Below are positions 22,162 to 34,691 of a stretch of 64,000 bases of DNA, piece by piece. Origin of the DNA: Perkinsela sp. CCAP 1560/9 (lineage: Eukaryota; Protista; Euglenozoa: Kinetoplastea); NCBI GenBank assembly GCA_965644495.1, contig CBFFSA010000002.1:124001-188000 (forward strand), written 5' to 3'. Each line of letters starts with the position of its first letter. Position 1 is the stretch's first letter. A program made the translations under genes and the position numbers. The notes beneath the pieces are model-generated. The model was not told where the DNA came from. It saw nothing but the letters and a program-made list of their open reading frames with translations, and searched no databases.

Positions 22162-22382
22162 TACTTTTATTTACGTGCTTTTATTTGATAATTGCACTTT
22201 CGTAAGAGTGCATACATTTTTACCCATCGTTGTTAAAAAAACTTAATCTGAGAGGTTGCGGGTACTTCGCCCGAGACCGCACCGAGACCAAGGTTTGTAT
22301 TTTCGGTGGGAAGAGACAGAAAAACTGGCGAAATGCCACATTTTATGTTTACGTGGAATTTCCTATTCGATGCACGCTTCTA

Positions 22383-22545
22383 CCGTAGACTCCCCAGTAA
22401 TAGAATCGATTTTGAGCCAAAATGGCCAAATCCTTGCTACTGGGGGGGTTGATGGGAAAAGACCTCTTTTGTTCATGCGTGCGTTGATTTTCAGCCCAGC
22501 CAACCCTGCAATTACGCGCAAGTACCCTCACCCCGCCCAGCCGCC
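22383..22545 (+). mobile_element. Truncated copy of the 33179-33493 MITE family
   Basis: TA|CCGTAGACTCCCCAGTAATAGAATCGATTTTG..AAAATGGCCAAATCCTTG matches 33179 onward. Confidence 0.8.
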
Positions 22546-22877
22546 CCTAGCCCCCCATTATTCATCTGTAGCCCCATCCATTCAGCTGTAGCTCCCTTCC
22601 GTCATCTGTATTCCATCATTACTTTTCGGAATCTAATCCCCACAAACTTTATTCGAAAACATGTACACGCACTTAATTGGCCCCAATTTTTAAATTTCAT
22701 GGAAAGGTATTCCTCGGTACCTCAAAAGAAACGAGTTTCTGAAATACCAATGAATGTGTCGCTTGCACTACTTCCCTAAAACTGATCGAGAAGTTTTCTT
22801 CAGTGCACGCAAGTAACTTCTGGAGCTCAAAATGACTTTGAACTTTTTTAAATCCGGATTTTGCTTGTTCATCGACG

Positions 22878-23225
22878 CTAGTCTTGCCTCCATATTTCAC
22901 CACATTCGGTACAGCAATAAAAAGTTGTCATAGGTTCATCGCCAGAACGAATTTGAATTTGCCTGAAATATGCTTTTTGATTACCGCAAGCTTCCTTCGT
23001 GCACAGTATTTCCGTACTTGGCAAATGTTTAAACTGAGACGGTCCTCCTAATATATCTTCTGCCTTCTTGGGAGTGTATTCTTCGACAAGCACATGCATT
23101 TGATCATCGAGTTCAGAAATATCTTGCTTATAAGGGCAAGTGCGACAGTAATAACGCACTCTCCCAGCACACTCAAGGAAGAGCTGTGTACCACAGTAAG
23201 GACAGAATAACATTTGTGATTTCAT
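22878..23225 (-). CDS. POLR3K: RNA polymerase III subunit RPC11 (TFIIS-like)
   Basis: FCPYCG..CRTCPY zinc ribbon; AYFRQIQIRSGDEPMTTFYCCTECG. Confidence 0.9.
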   Translation of the reverse strand: MKSQMLFCPYCGTQLFLECAGRVRYYCRTCPYKQDISELDDQMHVLVEEYTPKKAEDILGGPSQFKHLPSTEILCTKEACGNQKAYFRQIQIRSGDEPMTTFYCCTECGEIWRQD

Positions 23226-23575
23226 GCCAGTAAAAACATTAACCTATAAAATATACAATATGTATAATGAGCAAAAGAAAAACATAATACAAAGTAAAAC
23301 TATATTGACTATTACGGGCGTCTTTGACTCACTTTTGTACAAAGACCAATAAATAGGTTTGTACTTTAATAATTCTCTTATGATTTACTTCTTTTTCTTA
23401 TTTTCTTACGATCCAAGTCATAATGTTTCCAAGCCCCTCGTGATGCAATTATCTGATACTACGTCGCAACATGGTGGCGCATTCCACATTGCACGAGGAA
23501 TCCTCACTCTATTCCAGTCACAGGGCGTGTAAAAATTAATTTGCTCTTAAAATAAAATTATCTATTTGAACCTTA

Positions 23576-23921
23576 CAGTGCCGAATTTTATTACGGAACA
23601 CTTTATTTACGGAAGAATTTAATTACGGAACACCTAATTAAGGAACGCCTGGGGGCTTACGCGGCCTGCGTGGCTCCCAGTGAGACGGAACAAGGTCCGC
23701 CATTTTTACAAAACTATTTTCATTCCTCAACAATTTTTTTTTCCGAAGATTCCAAGACTGTTTTTCACTTATCAAACCTAACTACATGACGTTCCATTGA
23801 AGGAAAATTAAAAAGTGAGACTCAAAAGTGAGAAAAATAAAGAACACTTTATTACGAAACACTTTGGCGTCCAAAGGGGGTGTTCCTTAATTAAGGTGTT
23901 CCGTAATAACCCCCGGCACTG
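23576..23921. mobile_element. TA-flanked MITE (346 bp)
   Basis: TA|CAGTGCCGAATTTTATTACGGAACAC ... GTGTTCCGTAATAACCCCCGGCACTG|TA; repeated TTACGGAA units. Confidence 0.85.
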
Positions 23922-24235
23922 TAAATAAATTTAGGTAAAATAATTAGGTTAAATAATTCAGGTAAAAACCGAAAGTAAGGATAACTGTAATTAAGCAATG
24001 TCCGGTACACAGGAGCCCCCCTTAACAAATTTTTCGTTCGAGGGTAAAGGTGGTAGTTATGAACAGCGGGGTGAAAATAAGTGCTAAAAAGTAGAGCTCC
24101 GGTTTTTGAGATCAGTCCATGCGAGACCTACGATACGTACCGTATGTTACGGGGGTAGTGTATAAGAGAATCCCTCTTACTGGACGTTTATTTAACTTTT
24201 AGTTTGTTAAATTTTTACTGGGCGTTATATCGCGG

Positions 24236-24345
24236 TTCAGTATGAGATTCCAAATAGTCATCAAATAAGTTCAGACGGAGACGAATTTATAAAGAAATGT
24301 CATCATTTAGCTTCCAATTACTATTAGCACATCGTAGGTAAAGTA
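24236..24345 (+). repeat. ~110-bp direct repeat, further copies at 27135-27243 and 27400-27479
   Basis: TTCAGTATGAGATTCCAAATAGTCATCAAATAAGTTCAGACGGAGACGAA x3. Confidence 0.9.
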
Positions 24346-24920
24346 GTACTCCACCTCCCATTAATAATTATAAACCTCAAAAAAAGTTAGTCCGTAAAAG
24401 TTAGTAAAGGTTATTAGGATTGTAATTCTAAACTCACTTTCGAAATTATAGACCCCAATTTTAGTTACTCAGTTTTAGTTAAAATATCAGCTCCCGAAAA
24501 CGACCTTTTGGAACGATGGATAAGTTCGCAACGTTTGGCGGACGGCACTCTGAGCACTGGGCAAAGAAAGAATTGGCGTGGTTTTCTAGTGTTTTCACAT
24601 CCGAAGGCCTTGATCCGGCGGTTTTGGAAAATCATAAGGAAACAATTTCTCAGCACTACTCAGCGTTACAAAACCTTTTCACTTTATCTGCAAACGAAAT
24701 GGTTAATTCCTTTTTGGACAAGCTCTTGGAGGAGGAGCGAATTTCCCGCATATTCTTACAAAGTCGTATACAGTGTAGTTTGCTTTTTTCGTATACATCT
24801 GTATAGTTTGCTTTTCTCCATAAATCAGGATGGTATGCCGATATTTTGGAACGACGATAAAAAGGAGATGTTATTTTCTTTCGATGGTTGGTTCCTAAGT
24901 GGAAGATTTCTATACCTAGG

Positions 24921-25749
24921 AAACCACCGTCCGGGTTATTATACCTAGGAAGTATAATAAGTGTCCCTAGGTATAATAACTTTGCTTTGCAAAAAGGGTA
25001 AAAAATTTTTTGCGCCGCTTCGTGGCGCGTTCTTTTTCACATTGCCCACAACAAGTTATGATCCATTTGTAAGTTTTCCTCTGCCCCTGTGGAAGCCTGG
25101 GGAAACGTGTGCGAGTGTGGGGGTAAGATTGTTTTCTGGGGCTTCAGGGGTGAAAGAATATGAAATGCCACGAATACGTGTATTTTCGTGGTTACCATAC
25201 CCCAACTGGTCAAAACTCTTGACAATGTCAATCTGATTTCTTGGTAAGTTTCCCTTATCAAACGCAACATTGAAATTTACGCGCAGTGAGTGGAAAAGAT
25301 TGCTTCGACAACAAAGAGCATGCACCAACATGCTTTTACGTGTCCAGGCGATGAATTAACCTTTTCGGAGTGTTTATGTTAGGGCGATCGTCCGTAATCC
25401 CGCCTTTGTGGCATAAATCAGGGGGGGGGATCAGAAAAATTGTGAAAAATGCAAGATTTTGTCTACCAAAAAACAATGTGATCTATGTGCATTCGAAAAT
25501 CCAAAAGCAGATTACGTGCCTGCACGTTCATGAGCCCTGTTCGAGTGCTCTCGAATGCGCTATAACTTTCCAAAATGGGCCAAGTTTTACAAATTTTAGT
25601 CCCCTCCCACATCAAAGTTTACGGTCCTGTAAGTTCTGCACCCGCCTCTGAAGGTAGGGGGGGGGAGGTATAATAAGGACCCTAGGGTCACTTATTATAC
25701 CTAGGAGGTACAATAGGTGTCCCTAGGTATAATAACCGGACGGTGGTTT
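24921..25749. mobile_element. TIR element nested in the pogo-like gene
   Basis: AAACCACCGTCCGGGTTATTATACCTAGG ... CCTAGGTATAATAACCGGACGGTGGTTT; repeated TATACCTAGG / GTATAATAA units. Confidence 0.8.
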
Positions 25750-25797
25750 AATGTTGAATCGGGCGAGACTGAGATTACAACGGAAAATCATTATACA

Positions 25798-26283
25798 CAG
25801 GGAGGGGGACAATATTTCTGGGGGGGGTCCAAAATTTGTAATATTTGTCCAATTTTGGAAAGTAATAGCGCAATCGAGAGTTCTTGGAAGGTCTGATGCT
25901 TTTAACATGCAATTTTGCTCAAAAAGTTCGATTTTACGCAATTATCCCACAGACCCTGAAATATCTTACGAACGATGCTAAGACTACGTATGAGCGCACT
26001 ATATTAAGTGTGCCAACACGGATGTTTATTCTTCCAGAGAAGAAAGGAGATTGGACCAGTTACGAAGACAAAAGTATATGGTTTTTCACCTAAAATACCG
26101 TTTTTCCTAATCTGCAAGTCTTGTTTTTACCCTCCACAGAATATGAGGATAGCCCATGAATATGTAGAAACAAAATGCGCGAAAGCATCAGACTTTACAA
26201 GAGCTCTCGAATGCGCTATTACTTTCCAAAATTAGACAAATATTACAAATTTTAGACCCCCCAGAAACATCGCGCCCCCCCTG
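25798..26283. mobile_element. Long-TIR (~105 bp) element nested in the pogo-like gene
   Basis: CAGGGAGGGGG..AATTTGTAATATTTGTC..GTCTGATGCTTT is mirrored by AAAGCATCAGAC..GACAAATATTACAAATT..CCCCCTG|TA. Confidence 0.75.
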
Positions 26284-27805
26284 TATCTGGAGAAGCGTTG
26301 CATGCATAGTCCGTGTTTCATACTTACTACGATAAGGACGTACAACAAAAGAATTTAACGAATAAGGAGCCGCTTTTGCTACTACTAGACTGCTGCAGTG
26401 TTCACGTCGCACAGAAAACTGAAGAAGAAATTACAAGCCAATGCAAAGAAGGTGGGTCATACCCTTGGCTTCGCATAACTTACATCCCAGCAAGATGCAC
26501 TGGAATTCTTCAGCCATGCGACGTAGGCCTTTTTAATCGCTTGAAGCCACTACTGGTGTATCATAGAACCCAGTTTTTGCTAAATTACTGTCGAGGCCAG
26601 TTGACCGCTAACCAGCCAATTGGCAACACCAAAAGTCTCGGAGCCCGCCTATGCAAGACACAATTGCGAGATGCGATTCAAAAAACTTATGCTTCTTTGG
26701 AGACTACTTGCCATCGTGAAGCAACAGTTTCTGAGCAGAAAAAAGTTGGCATTCCTCAGCAAATCCTGGAAGATCCAGGTAATCAATCAAAAGCTTGGAC
26801 AAGGAGATTAGAATTATTCCCTTCTGTAGCACAAAGCTTGGAAGTAGAGGAAATTGATTATGAGGAAGAGATTTGTGAAATTCCGCAAGAAGTTGATGAC
26901 CATTTTTTTTCAAATTGTTTTTATATCATCCATAGCTGTTTACTTTAATGATTTTATGCGGGTGGATTTAATACAAGAATTTTATGCAGGAGATTTTATG
27001 CATAGTGCAGGAAAGCTACTCAAGGGATAAATATACCGTTTCTGTAAAAAGCAACTTTTGTCTGAAAGTTGGGCACAAAAAAGTTAAGGTCGGGGTTAGT
27101 GCACAAAAAACACCTCTTTTTTATAAACTTAAATTTCAGTATGAGATTCCAAATAGTCATCAAATAAGTTCAGACGGAGACGAACTTATAAAGAAATGTC
27201 ATCATTTAGATTCTAATTACTATTACCACTTCGTAGGTAAAGTGATAGTTATAAAAAGCAGGAAATTCTACACATTCAGTTGTATATGATAGTGATAAAA
27301 AATAAGCTGGATGCCTGTTTTTGAGACCTGTACATGTGGGACCTACGTTGTGTTGCTGGGTTAGTGCACAAAAAAACCCACTGGTTTATTATATCGCGTT
27401 TCAGTATGAGATTCCAAATAGTCATCAAATAAGTTCAGACGGAGACGAACTTATAAAGAAATATCATCACTTAGATTCCAGAGTGTCATAGGTATGAACT
27501 GACAACATTTAATTGTCCTTTTTGAGCGGCTTCGGGGAGCAGGCGCCGCGAAGTTCTTTTTCTCAAAAAGGGGTGAAAGTTAAGTAGGGGGGTGCAGATT
27601 TTTTTCAACGAGTTCAATTAAGAAAGAAATAATTAAGAAATGCTATTCACCTTTTTATCACTTTAGTATTAAATTTCACCGTTTCATTCAATAACAGATA
27701 GGGGGGGACTGCACACGCTTTGCTTTCGAGGGAGGAATACAAGGGGCAGTCAGTACCGAACAAGCCGCAGTATAAAGGAAGCGCAGTAATTTGTTTTTGG
27801 GCTAT

Positions 27806-28240
27806 TTCATTGATGTCCGCATGGTAATTGATACAGTTCCACGTTGTGCCGACGTTCTGGATGATTATATCAATCTAAGCATGCTGAAACTCCCACGATA
27901 ATATGATAATGGATGATTGTGGAATATTAAACATATTATCAAACTTAACCTACATTGCCTGGATGATGGTGATTTTTACCAAACATCTTATAAGATTACT
28001 CCTTTTGAGAACACCAAACATGGCCCCCAAACGCTCACTATAAAATATGAGTATGAAAGTAAAGCCCTTGAAAAGCTGGAATTCAATCAGCAACTTGCCC
28101 AAAATTGCTCTCGCATTGAGCACGTATTTAGCCGTGCCTGTGTAGGTGGCTGGAAATTGGACTCGGAATTGAAACTTTTTGTTTTACTCGTTCTGGTGTG
28201 TTCTGATAATTCACAACGTCGAAATGTTTTTACACCATAA
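27806..28240 (+). pseudogene. Frameshifted, deleted IS5/PIF-Harbinger-type (DDE_Tnp_4) transposase relic
   Basis: DVRMVIDTVP (27812-27841), NSHD in a shifted frame, then LDDGDF..TPF..EFNQQLAQNCSRIEHVF. Confidence 0.6.
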
Positions 28241-28582
28241 AACAGTAGGAAAGTACGAAAAAAAAGGAATAATGTGGGGCGCCATATTTTGAACTGATGC
28301 ACTATGCACTTAACTGATATTCTACGCTCTTAAAAAAGGAAACCAAGAGACAGTACAAGTGTATAAGAAAAAAATTGAATGTAATTGCTATATATACATT
28401 TTTATGTACAAAGATATCCTCAAGAATCGAAAAAGCGTGAAGTGAATAAGGAGCGTGAAGTGATAATTTCACTTGTCAAGTGATAACAAGCTACAGAGCT
28501 ACAAAACTAGCAAAAAAAACTTTAAAATCTGCTATAATTATGCTTGTACTCATTTTTAGTACCTTTTAGTACTCATCAATAC

Positions 28583-31027
28583 TTACTTTGGTGTAATAGC
28601 CCCCGAAGTAGTAGGACGAAGTGCGGGATGATTCGGATGAACAGCAATTCCTAATTCATCTTTAGGAGACGTTTCAACACGTATATCTTCGCCGTCTCTG
28701 ATACGTCCGTCTATTAACATATGCGCAATTTGGTTAAGCACTGTACCTTGCAATATACGGCGCAGAGGACGGGCCCCGTAAAGCGGACTGTATGCAATGC
28801 TAGAAATTTGGTCCAAAGCCTTGGAACCGACTTTAAGCTTAAGTTGACGCTCCGAAAGGATTCCCTGTAGCTGATCGAGTTGGATTTTCACGATCTGTTT
28901 GATATGCTTGCGCTGTAAGCGATTAAAGAGAATAATGTCATCCAAGCGATTGATGAACTCGGGCGGAAGACGTGATTGAACGACTCTCATAATGTCCTCT
29001 TGTATTGTGCTGCTCGGCTGGTCCTCCGGAAGGGCTGCAATGAGATCAGATGCAAGATTGCTTGTTAGTATGATAATAGTGTTCTTAAAGTCAACTCGAC
29101 GCCCATGAGAATCTGTTAAGTGTCCGTCGTCCATCACTTGCAGCAGAATGTTTGAAACAGAAGGATGTGCTTTCTCAAACTCATCAAAAAGAACGATCTG
29201 GTAAGGTCGTCGTCGAACGCTTTCGGTAAGCTCACCACCGTCTTCATATCCCACATAGCCTGGTGGGGCGCCAATAAGGCGATGCACGGTGTGTCGCTCT
29301 TGATACTCACTCATATCAATACGACAAATATGGCTCTCGTCGTCAAAAAGAAACTTTGCCAGCTGCTTTGCTACTTCTGTTTTGCCCACACCCGTAGGCC
29401 CAAGAAAAAGAAAGCTACCAAGTGGTCGTTTCTGGCTGTGAAGCCCGGCTCGGGAAATTCGAACCACATTTGTGATACAGTCAATAGCATGGTCCTGTCC
29501 GATTACGCGTGCTTTGAGGGTAGAGTCCATGTCGATCAGTTTGTCACGCTCGCCTTGCATCAGATTGTGTACAGGAATACCTGTCGCTTTGGAAATAACT
29601 CCGGCGATATCAATAGGAGTCACAGATTCGGATACCATAAAATCTTCAGTTCGCGCCTTCTTTTTGTCTTCTTCGTTTTCAGCTTTCAGTTTAGGAATTC
29701 GACTATATTTGAGTTCTGAAGCTTTGTGATAATCTGACGTGTTTGTGGCAATATCAAGTTGACTTTGTAAATTTTCGATCTCTTCGGTGCGCCTCTTGAT
29801 ACGATCAAAAAGAGATTTCTGTTCATTCCATTTGCTTTCAAGCTCGGCGTACGCTTTCTGCTTGCCTGCGATTTCTTCTTCTTTCGTTTTGACTTTTGCT
29901 TTGCTCAACTCGTCCCGATCTTTACGTAAAGCCTCAAGCTCGATACGAAGGCGAACAAGTTCCCTTTCGGCACTGTCTACAATCTCCGGCTTACTCTCCT
30001 GTTGTAGCCGAAGCCGTGAAGCTGCTTCGTCAATCAGATCAATTGCTTTGTCCGGTAATTTACGATCTGAAATATACTTATGAGAGTTCACGGCTGAGTA
30101 AATCAGTGCACTATCGTTAATCATACATCCGTGGTGTGCCTCGTATTTGCCTTTGAGACCACGTAAAACTGCAATGGTCTCTTCTACGGTAGGCTCTTCC
30201 ACAAGTACGCTCTGGAATCGTCGTGCCAAGGCCGCGTCCTTTTCGATATGCTTTCGATACTCATTTAGCGTTGTCGCACCGACGCAATGGAGCTCGCCGC
30301 GTGCAAGAGAAGGCTTTAGCATATTCGAGGCATCCATGGAACCGTCTCCAGAAGACCCAGCTCCGACCAGCGTGTGTAGCTCATCAATAAAGAGAATAAC
30401 GGAGCCCTTAGCGTCGATGGTATCGCGAAGCACTCCTTTAAGTCGTTCCTCAAATTCCCCACGAAATTTTGCACCAGCGAGCAGCGATCCAATATCCAGT
30501 GCAAACACTTTTTTATTTTTGATGCTTTCTGGGACTTCCTTTTTTATGATCCGTTGTGCAAGACCTTCCACAATAGCCGTCTTTCCTACGCCTGGTTCTC
30601 CTATGAGCACAGGGTTGTTCTTCGTTCGGCGGGATAACACTTGAATTGTTCGACGAATAACTTCCTCGCGACCGATTACGGGATCAAGCTTTCCATTGGC
30701 TGCCTCCTCGGTGAGGTCTCTCGCATATTTTTTTAAATGATCACCTTGGGGAACAGCTTTCGGGTTTACCCACTGACGACCGGAAGGTTCGCCACCTTGC
30801 GAATTGCCGTTCGCGCCCCGAGACCCAGCGCCGCCCTCTCCCCCACGCCATGGCGTTATACTCTGATTTCCATCCACATGTGAGAGAACCGGAGATGAAC
30901 GCTTAGCATACAACCGAAGTGAATGAGAGAGCGACGATATTGGATAACCAGAAGGAAGTGTATAACACAGAGCAGATGTTCGGGACAAAGCGCCTACAGT
31001 GGTACGCGAGCCTATGCGACGAAGCAT
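28583..31027 (-). CDS. HSP78: Mitochondrial ClpB-type disaggregase HSP78; likely start is the MLRR Met at 31027
   Basis: Two AAA+ modules ([16 protein letters not shown]), no Clp N-domain, MLRRIGSR presequence. Confidence 0.92.
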   Translation of the reverse strand: MLRRIGSRTTVGALSRTSALCYTLPSGYPISSLSHSLRLYAKRSSPVLSHVDGNQSITPWRGGEGGAGSRGANGNSQGGEPSGRQWVNPKAVPQGDHLKKYARDLTEEAANGKLDPVIGREEVIRRTIQVLSRRTKNNPVLIGEPGVGKTAIVEGLAQRIIKKEVPESIKNKKVFALDIGSLLAGAKFRGEFEERLKGVLRDTIDAKGSVILFIDELHTLVGAGSSGDGSMDASNMLKPSLARGELHCVGATTLNEYRKHIEKDAALARRFQSVLVEEPTVEETIAVLRGLKGKYEAHHGCMINDSALIYSAVNSHKYISDRKLPDKAIDLIDEAASRLRLQQESKPEIVDSAERELVRLRIELEALRKDRDELSKAKVKTKEEEIAGKQKAYAELESKWNEQKSLFDRIKRRTEEIENLQSQLDIATNTSDYHKASELKYSRIPKLKAENEEDKKKARTEDFMVSESVTPIDIAGVISKATGIPVHNLMQGERDKLIDMDSTLKARVIGQDHAIDCITNVVRISRAGLHSQKRPLGSFLFLGPTGVGKTEVAKQLAKFLFDDESHICRIDMSEYQERHTVHRLIGAPPGYVGYEDGGELTESVRRRPYQIVLFDEFEKAHPSVSNILLQVMDDGHLTDSHGRRVDFKNTIIILTSNLASDLIAALPEDQPSSTIQEDIMRVVQSRLPPEFINRLDDIILFNRLQRKHIKQIVKIQLDQLQGILSERQLKLKVGSKALDQISSIAYSPLYGARPLRRILQGTVLNQIAHMLIDGRIRDGEDIRVETSPKDELGIAVHPNHPALRPTTSGAITPK

Positions 31028-31191
31028 GATACGTAAACTGTTGAAAAAGTAAGAAAATGTATATTGATGCTTCTGAGAAATTTTCTTATTATCGTAGTAT
31101 GATTTACCGTACACAATATAAAGATTTAAGCTCACTGCATCGTATGTAGTGTGCCACTTCTAGAAACAGTCGTTACGATGACCTTTAAATC

Positions 31192-32484
31192 TTACTCATT
31201 CATCGCTTTTATCCTCCACAGCGCAACGCAACCATCCTCCCCAGCTGTTCCCAAAATCCCCCGTCCTCGCTCAAAACGCGAGACCCTGCAAATGCTACGC
31301 ACCACTTCACCCGAATGTGCATTTGAGATGGCATCCACATGCCGTACAATCCCAGAATCAAGTAAGCCATTCCAGGAGACACAATCTCCACTCTTCTGAT
31401 TGCCCAACTTCGCCACATCCTCAAATTGCTCCAAGGGCGACTTTACATTCCAGAATTCCAAGTCTCCGCTTCCCTTATCCTCTAATCCAGCATACCGACC
31501 CAAACAAAGTGTGAAACCTTGCTCCTCACACCACGGCAAGCTGTACGGAAGAACCTCTGCCACATAGGAAGCCTCATCACGACGGGGAACACGTAACAAA
31601 ATATCCCCCGTCCTGCTATCCGTCACAAACGCCTCCTCCAGCGAGGTGAAGCCCACCAACAGCGAGCACGGCGTCGTGCTCCCCCTCACCCCCTTCTCCG
31701 GATCGAACCCCCCCTCCAGGCTTCGTTTTCGTGGCTTCAATCTCTTCCTTGCCTTCCCGCCCATCCCCCAGACCCGACGGATGGGACTCCCCACCGCACT
31801 TACGGAGCCCAGCTCACCCTTTGTGGGTTCCGTGCAACACAGAAGCCCGTCTTCCGCGCCGGAGCAAAACACGGGAGAGGGGGCGCCATGGGGGGAACAG
31901 CACAGCACGGTGACGCGGTCACTGTGGTTTTGGACGCGCGTGAGTACGCGTCGCTGTCGAAGATCCAGCACGAGGTAATCCGCCCCGTCCCCGACCGTAA
32001 GGAGGTCGAACGAGAACCGGCGTGAGTCGAGGGGGGTGGGGGGGGTGTCCTGGGGAGGGGTGGGCTGGAATGTGGGTGTGGCTTGCCAGGCCACCGTGTG
32101 CGTGTCGGCATTGCGGCAAACTCGAAGGCATGCGGAGGGAGAGGGTTGACGAAGGTCGTGTAGGATCACGGTCCCATCGTGGTGGGAATAAGCGAGGAGA
32201 TGAGGGGTGGAGGGGTGAGACGGTTGTGGAGGAGAAAAAGGGGTAGAGGAACCGTCGCTGTACAAAACGGGAAAAGAAAAATCTGTGATACGACTTGAAG
32301 TGGATGATGATACGCGACTCACGATTTGTAGTGTGGCGATATCAATAAGAGACAATGGCTTCTGTTCTTCGGATAAGGAACTTTGTGTTGTTAGTGCCAT
32401 TGTGTGATGGGAATTGACATTTTCGACTTTGGAGACGTATTCTGAAGCATGTAGGGACACACTCCCAAGACATTCAAACGGCAT
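31192..32484 (-). CDS. WD40-repeat protein
   Basis: DGTVILHDLR, HSDRVTVL..SGAEDGLL, AHSGEVVRSI..TAGEDGCVALW. Confidence 0.75.
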   Translation of the reverse strand: MPFECLGSVSLHASEYVSKVENVNSHHTMALTTQSSLSEEQKPLSLIDIATLQIVSRVSSSTSSRITDFSFPVLYSDGSSTPFSPPQPSHPSTPHLLAYSHHDGTVILHDLRQPSPSACLRVCRNADTHTVAWQATPTFQPTPPQDTPPTPLDSRRFSFDLLTVGDGADYLVLDLRQRRVLTRVQNHSDRVTVLCCSPHGAPSPVFCSGAEDGLLCCTEPTKGELGSVSAVGSPIRRVWGMGGKARKRLKPRKRSLEGGFDPEKGVRGSTTPCSLLVGFTSLEEAFVTDSRTGDILLRVPRRDEASYVAEVLPYSLPWCEEQGFTLCLGRYAGLEDKGSGDLEFWNVKSPLEQFEDVAKLGNQKSGDCVSWNGLLDSGIVRHVDAISNAHSGEVVRSICRVSRFERGRGILGTAGEDGCVALWRIKAMNE

Positions 32485-33178
32485 TTATGCGCAATCTGCG
32501 CCAATCAAGATTTAAATGGACGCTGGAATGCTAAAACATGCGATAGATAGATGATGACAAAGGTAGTAAAATTTATGCAGAACAATTGAGACAGATGTGG
32601 TACAGTGGTCGTCACCAATCTGAGAGTCACGAAAATGAGAATGAACCTCTCAAGAATGACAAATTATCGTGTCAACGTTCAACTCAAAAAGGGCTTTGAA
32701 AATGAGAATGGATCAAAAGGGACCCTGTTGGTTGCACAACCCTGTTGTGTAATCTGGGCCTCGAAAAGGAAACACCCGCATAAAAATTCAGCTACTGCAG
32801 TGGTGAGGGTGATGACCTTCGAAATTTCAGCGTCTAGGCATTATGGTTTTCACTTTTGAGCGAAGGGCCAAATCTCTCTTCCTGGGGGGTACCTTACTAG
32901 GGGGAGTATATGTTAGTAATTTAATTATGGTTACTACTTAAAAAGTAGTGATTACTACCTTTAATACTTGAGATGAGCTTAGATCAAGTAGTTAGTGATT
33001 GTTCTTCCAGCTGTGTACAGGGGTGTGTATTTTGTCTTAATGAAGGAAATTGGAGTTGATGAAAATCGCCCAGTTACGAGTTTACCCCCCGAGATCTTGC
33101 TGCGCTATCGTACATGTAATTCTAATTTTTTTTCTAGTGACTTTAAATGGGTTACAATCTTTCAAATTTCGGGAATTA

Positions 33179-33493
33179 CCGTAGACCCCCCCAGTAATAG
33201 AATCGATTTTGGGTCAAAATGGCCAAATCCTTGTTACTGGGGGGAATATGCTTTTTGGGTGAGAAAAGACATTTTTTGTACATGAGTGCGTTGATTTTCA
33301 GCCTATCCAACCCCGCAACCACGCCATTCACTCCTCGCAACCGCCCTCACCCCGCCCAGCCACCATCACCCGCTCAAACACCCCCTCCCCCCTCCAAAGA
33401 CCCTCCCGAGCCGAATCCTTGTTACTGGGGGTCAGCCGAAAAAGGGTCAAATCCTTGTTACTGGGGGGGGTCTATTACTGGGGGGGTCTACGG
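33179..33493. mobile_element. TA-flanked MITE (315 bp), 23-bp perfect TIR
   Basis: TA|CCGTAGACCCCCCCAGTAATAGA ... TCTATTACTGGGGGGGTCTACGG|TA; internal AATCCTTGTTACTGGGG x3. Confidence 0.9.
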
Positions 33494-33503
33494 TATTGTT
33501 ATA

Positions 33504-34069
33504 CCGTAAGTGTTATAAACCCCTGGCCACCAATAAGGCACCCCCCTTATCTTTTGCACGAGGGGGCATGGTAGGGTTATGATACCATAATTTCGTTCAG
33601 ATTTTTGAGATCTGTACGTTCCCGCCATTTTTAGTCCACCAAAACCTTGGAACAAAAAATATATAAAAAACTTGATGTTCCACTTCTGTTTTCCAGGAAG
33701 GCACAATTCTGCGATCAGGGGGCACGAGAGGCCTCCCTATGAAAAAAGGGCAGCAATCATCTTCGTGAGGAAAGCGTGATCTCTCGCTTGCAAAAAAAAT
33801 GAGCAAAAACGCATGAAGTTGAAGTTCTTAGAGGGGGGCAGAGTTTTTCGTTTAAAAGGGCGTAGTTTTTTTTTGAAATTTTTAAGAGAGCAAAAATGTA
33901 GTAATCCGACTTTCAAATGTATGCATTTGGTATTTTTTGTTCCGTTTCTTAACGCGCAAACTCTTTGTGTTGAGATCTATAAAATGCTACAAAAATTAGC
34001 TCAAACAAGCGAAGCATTGGGATTTTGGAGGGGGGTGCCTTATTTTGGCCAGGGGTTTATAAATTATAG
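33504..34069. mobile_element. TIR element adjacent to the previous MITE
   Basis: TTATAAACCCCTGGCCACCAATAAGGCACCCCC ... GGGGGTGCCTTATTTTGGCCAGGGGTTTATAA. Confidence 0.8.
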
Positions 34070-34353
34070 TGCTCAGAACGACTTTAAATGGAAATTTGGT
34101 CGAAAGGATCATTTGTTTTGAAAAAGCGTATTTTTGGGTGCAGTTTGAGTGCAGGTGACCCAAAGATTTTTTTCTACTTCTTTTCTATTTCTTGTCAACG
34201 TTCAACGGCAAAATCAACGAGAAAATGATAATAGTCGCGAAAATGAGAATGAAAATTAAAAAATCCTGTCAATGTTCAATTGCGGATTCTGAGAATAGTG
34301 ACGACCACTGTACTACGAGGCGGCGTGTCAAAACAAGTTCGTGGCACCATATA

Positions 34354-34499
34354 CTGTGCCCCCCTAGTTATCTCACTACTTTTCGGGAAAAGGTGACAGG
34401 TAAGTAAGGGGGGGGGGTAGGGTGACGGATAAGGTAGGGGTGTGACAGATAACTGGGGGGGGCTCAATGTGTGACAGATAACTAGCGGAGGGGGTACAG
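34354..34499. mobile_element. Small degenerate MITE
   Basis: TA|CTGTGCCCCCCTAGTTATCT ... AGATAACTAGCGGAGGGGGTACAG. Confidence 0.55.
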
Positions 34500-34691
34500 C
34501 ATTTGTAAGGGAGTTTAGTATTTCTAACTTTCATTTGTAAACTTTACCTTTTTTGAGGCGACTACTCACGCCTTTCTTAAATGTGCACATCTCTTTTCCT
34601 CCTATGATTAGTGCTTTCTGAATGCAAAAAATTTACCTTTTCCTTACTTACCAAGACCAAAACTTACAATTTCTTTACTGGACTACAAGGA

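Larger units (their letters stand above)
24820..26948 (+). pseudogene. pogo/Tigger-type (DDE_1) transposase fragmented by nested insertions
   Basis: INQDGMPIFW (24820), TTENH (~25775-25791), then LLLLLDCCSVH..IPARCTGILQPCDVGLFNRLK (26313-26948). Confidence 0.75.

Noticed and set aside
29165-30644. Plus-strand ORFs antisense to HSP78 (and similar ones opposite NEMF, DDX11 and the MATH gene)
   Set aside because: Shadow ORFs with no motifs.
31028-31135. 36-codon N-terminal extension of HSP78 in the ORF track
   Set aside because: Non-ATG start in AT-rich UTR-like sequence; the MLRR Met at 31027 fits a mitochondrial presequence.
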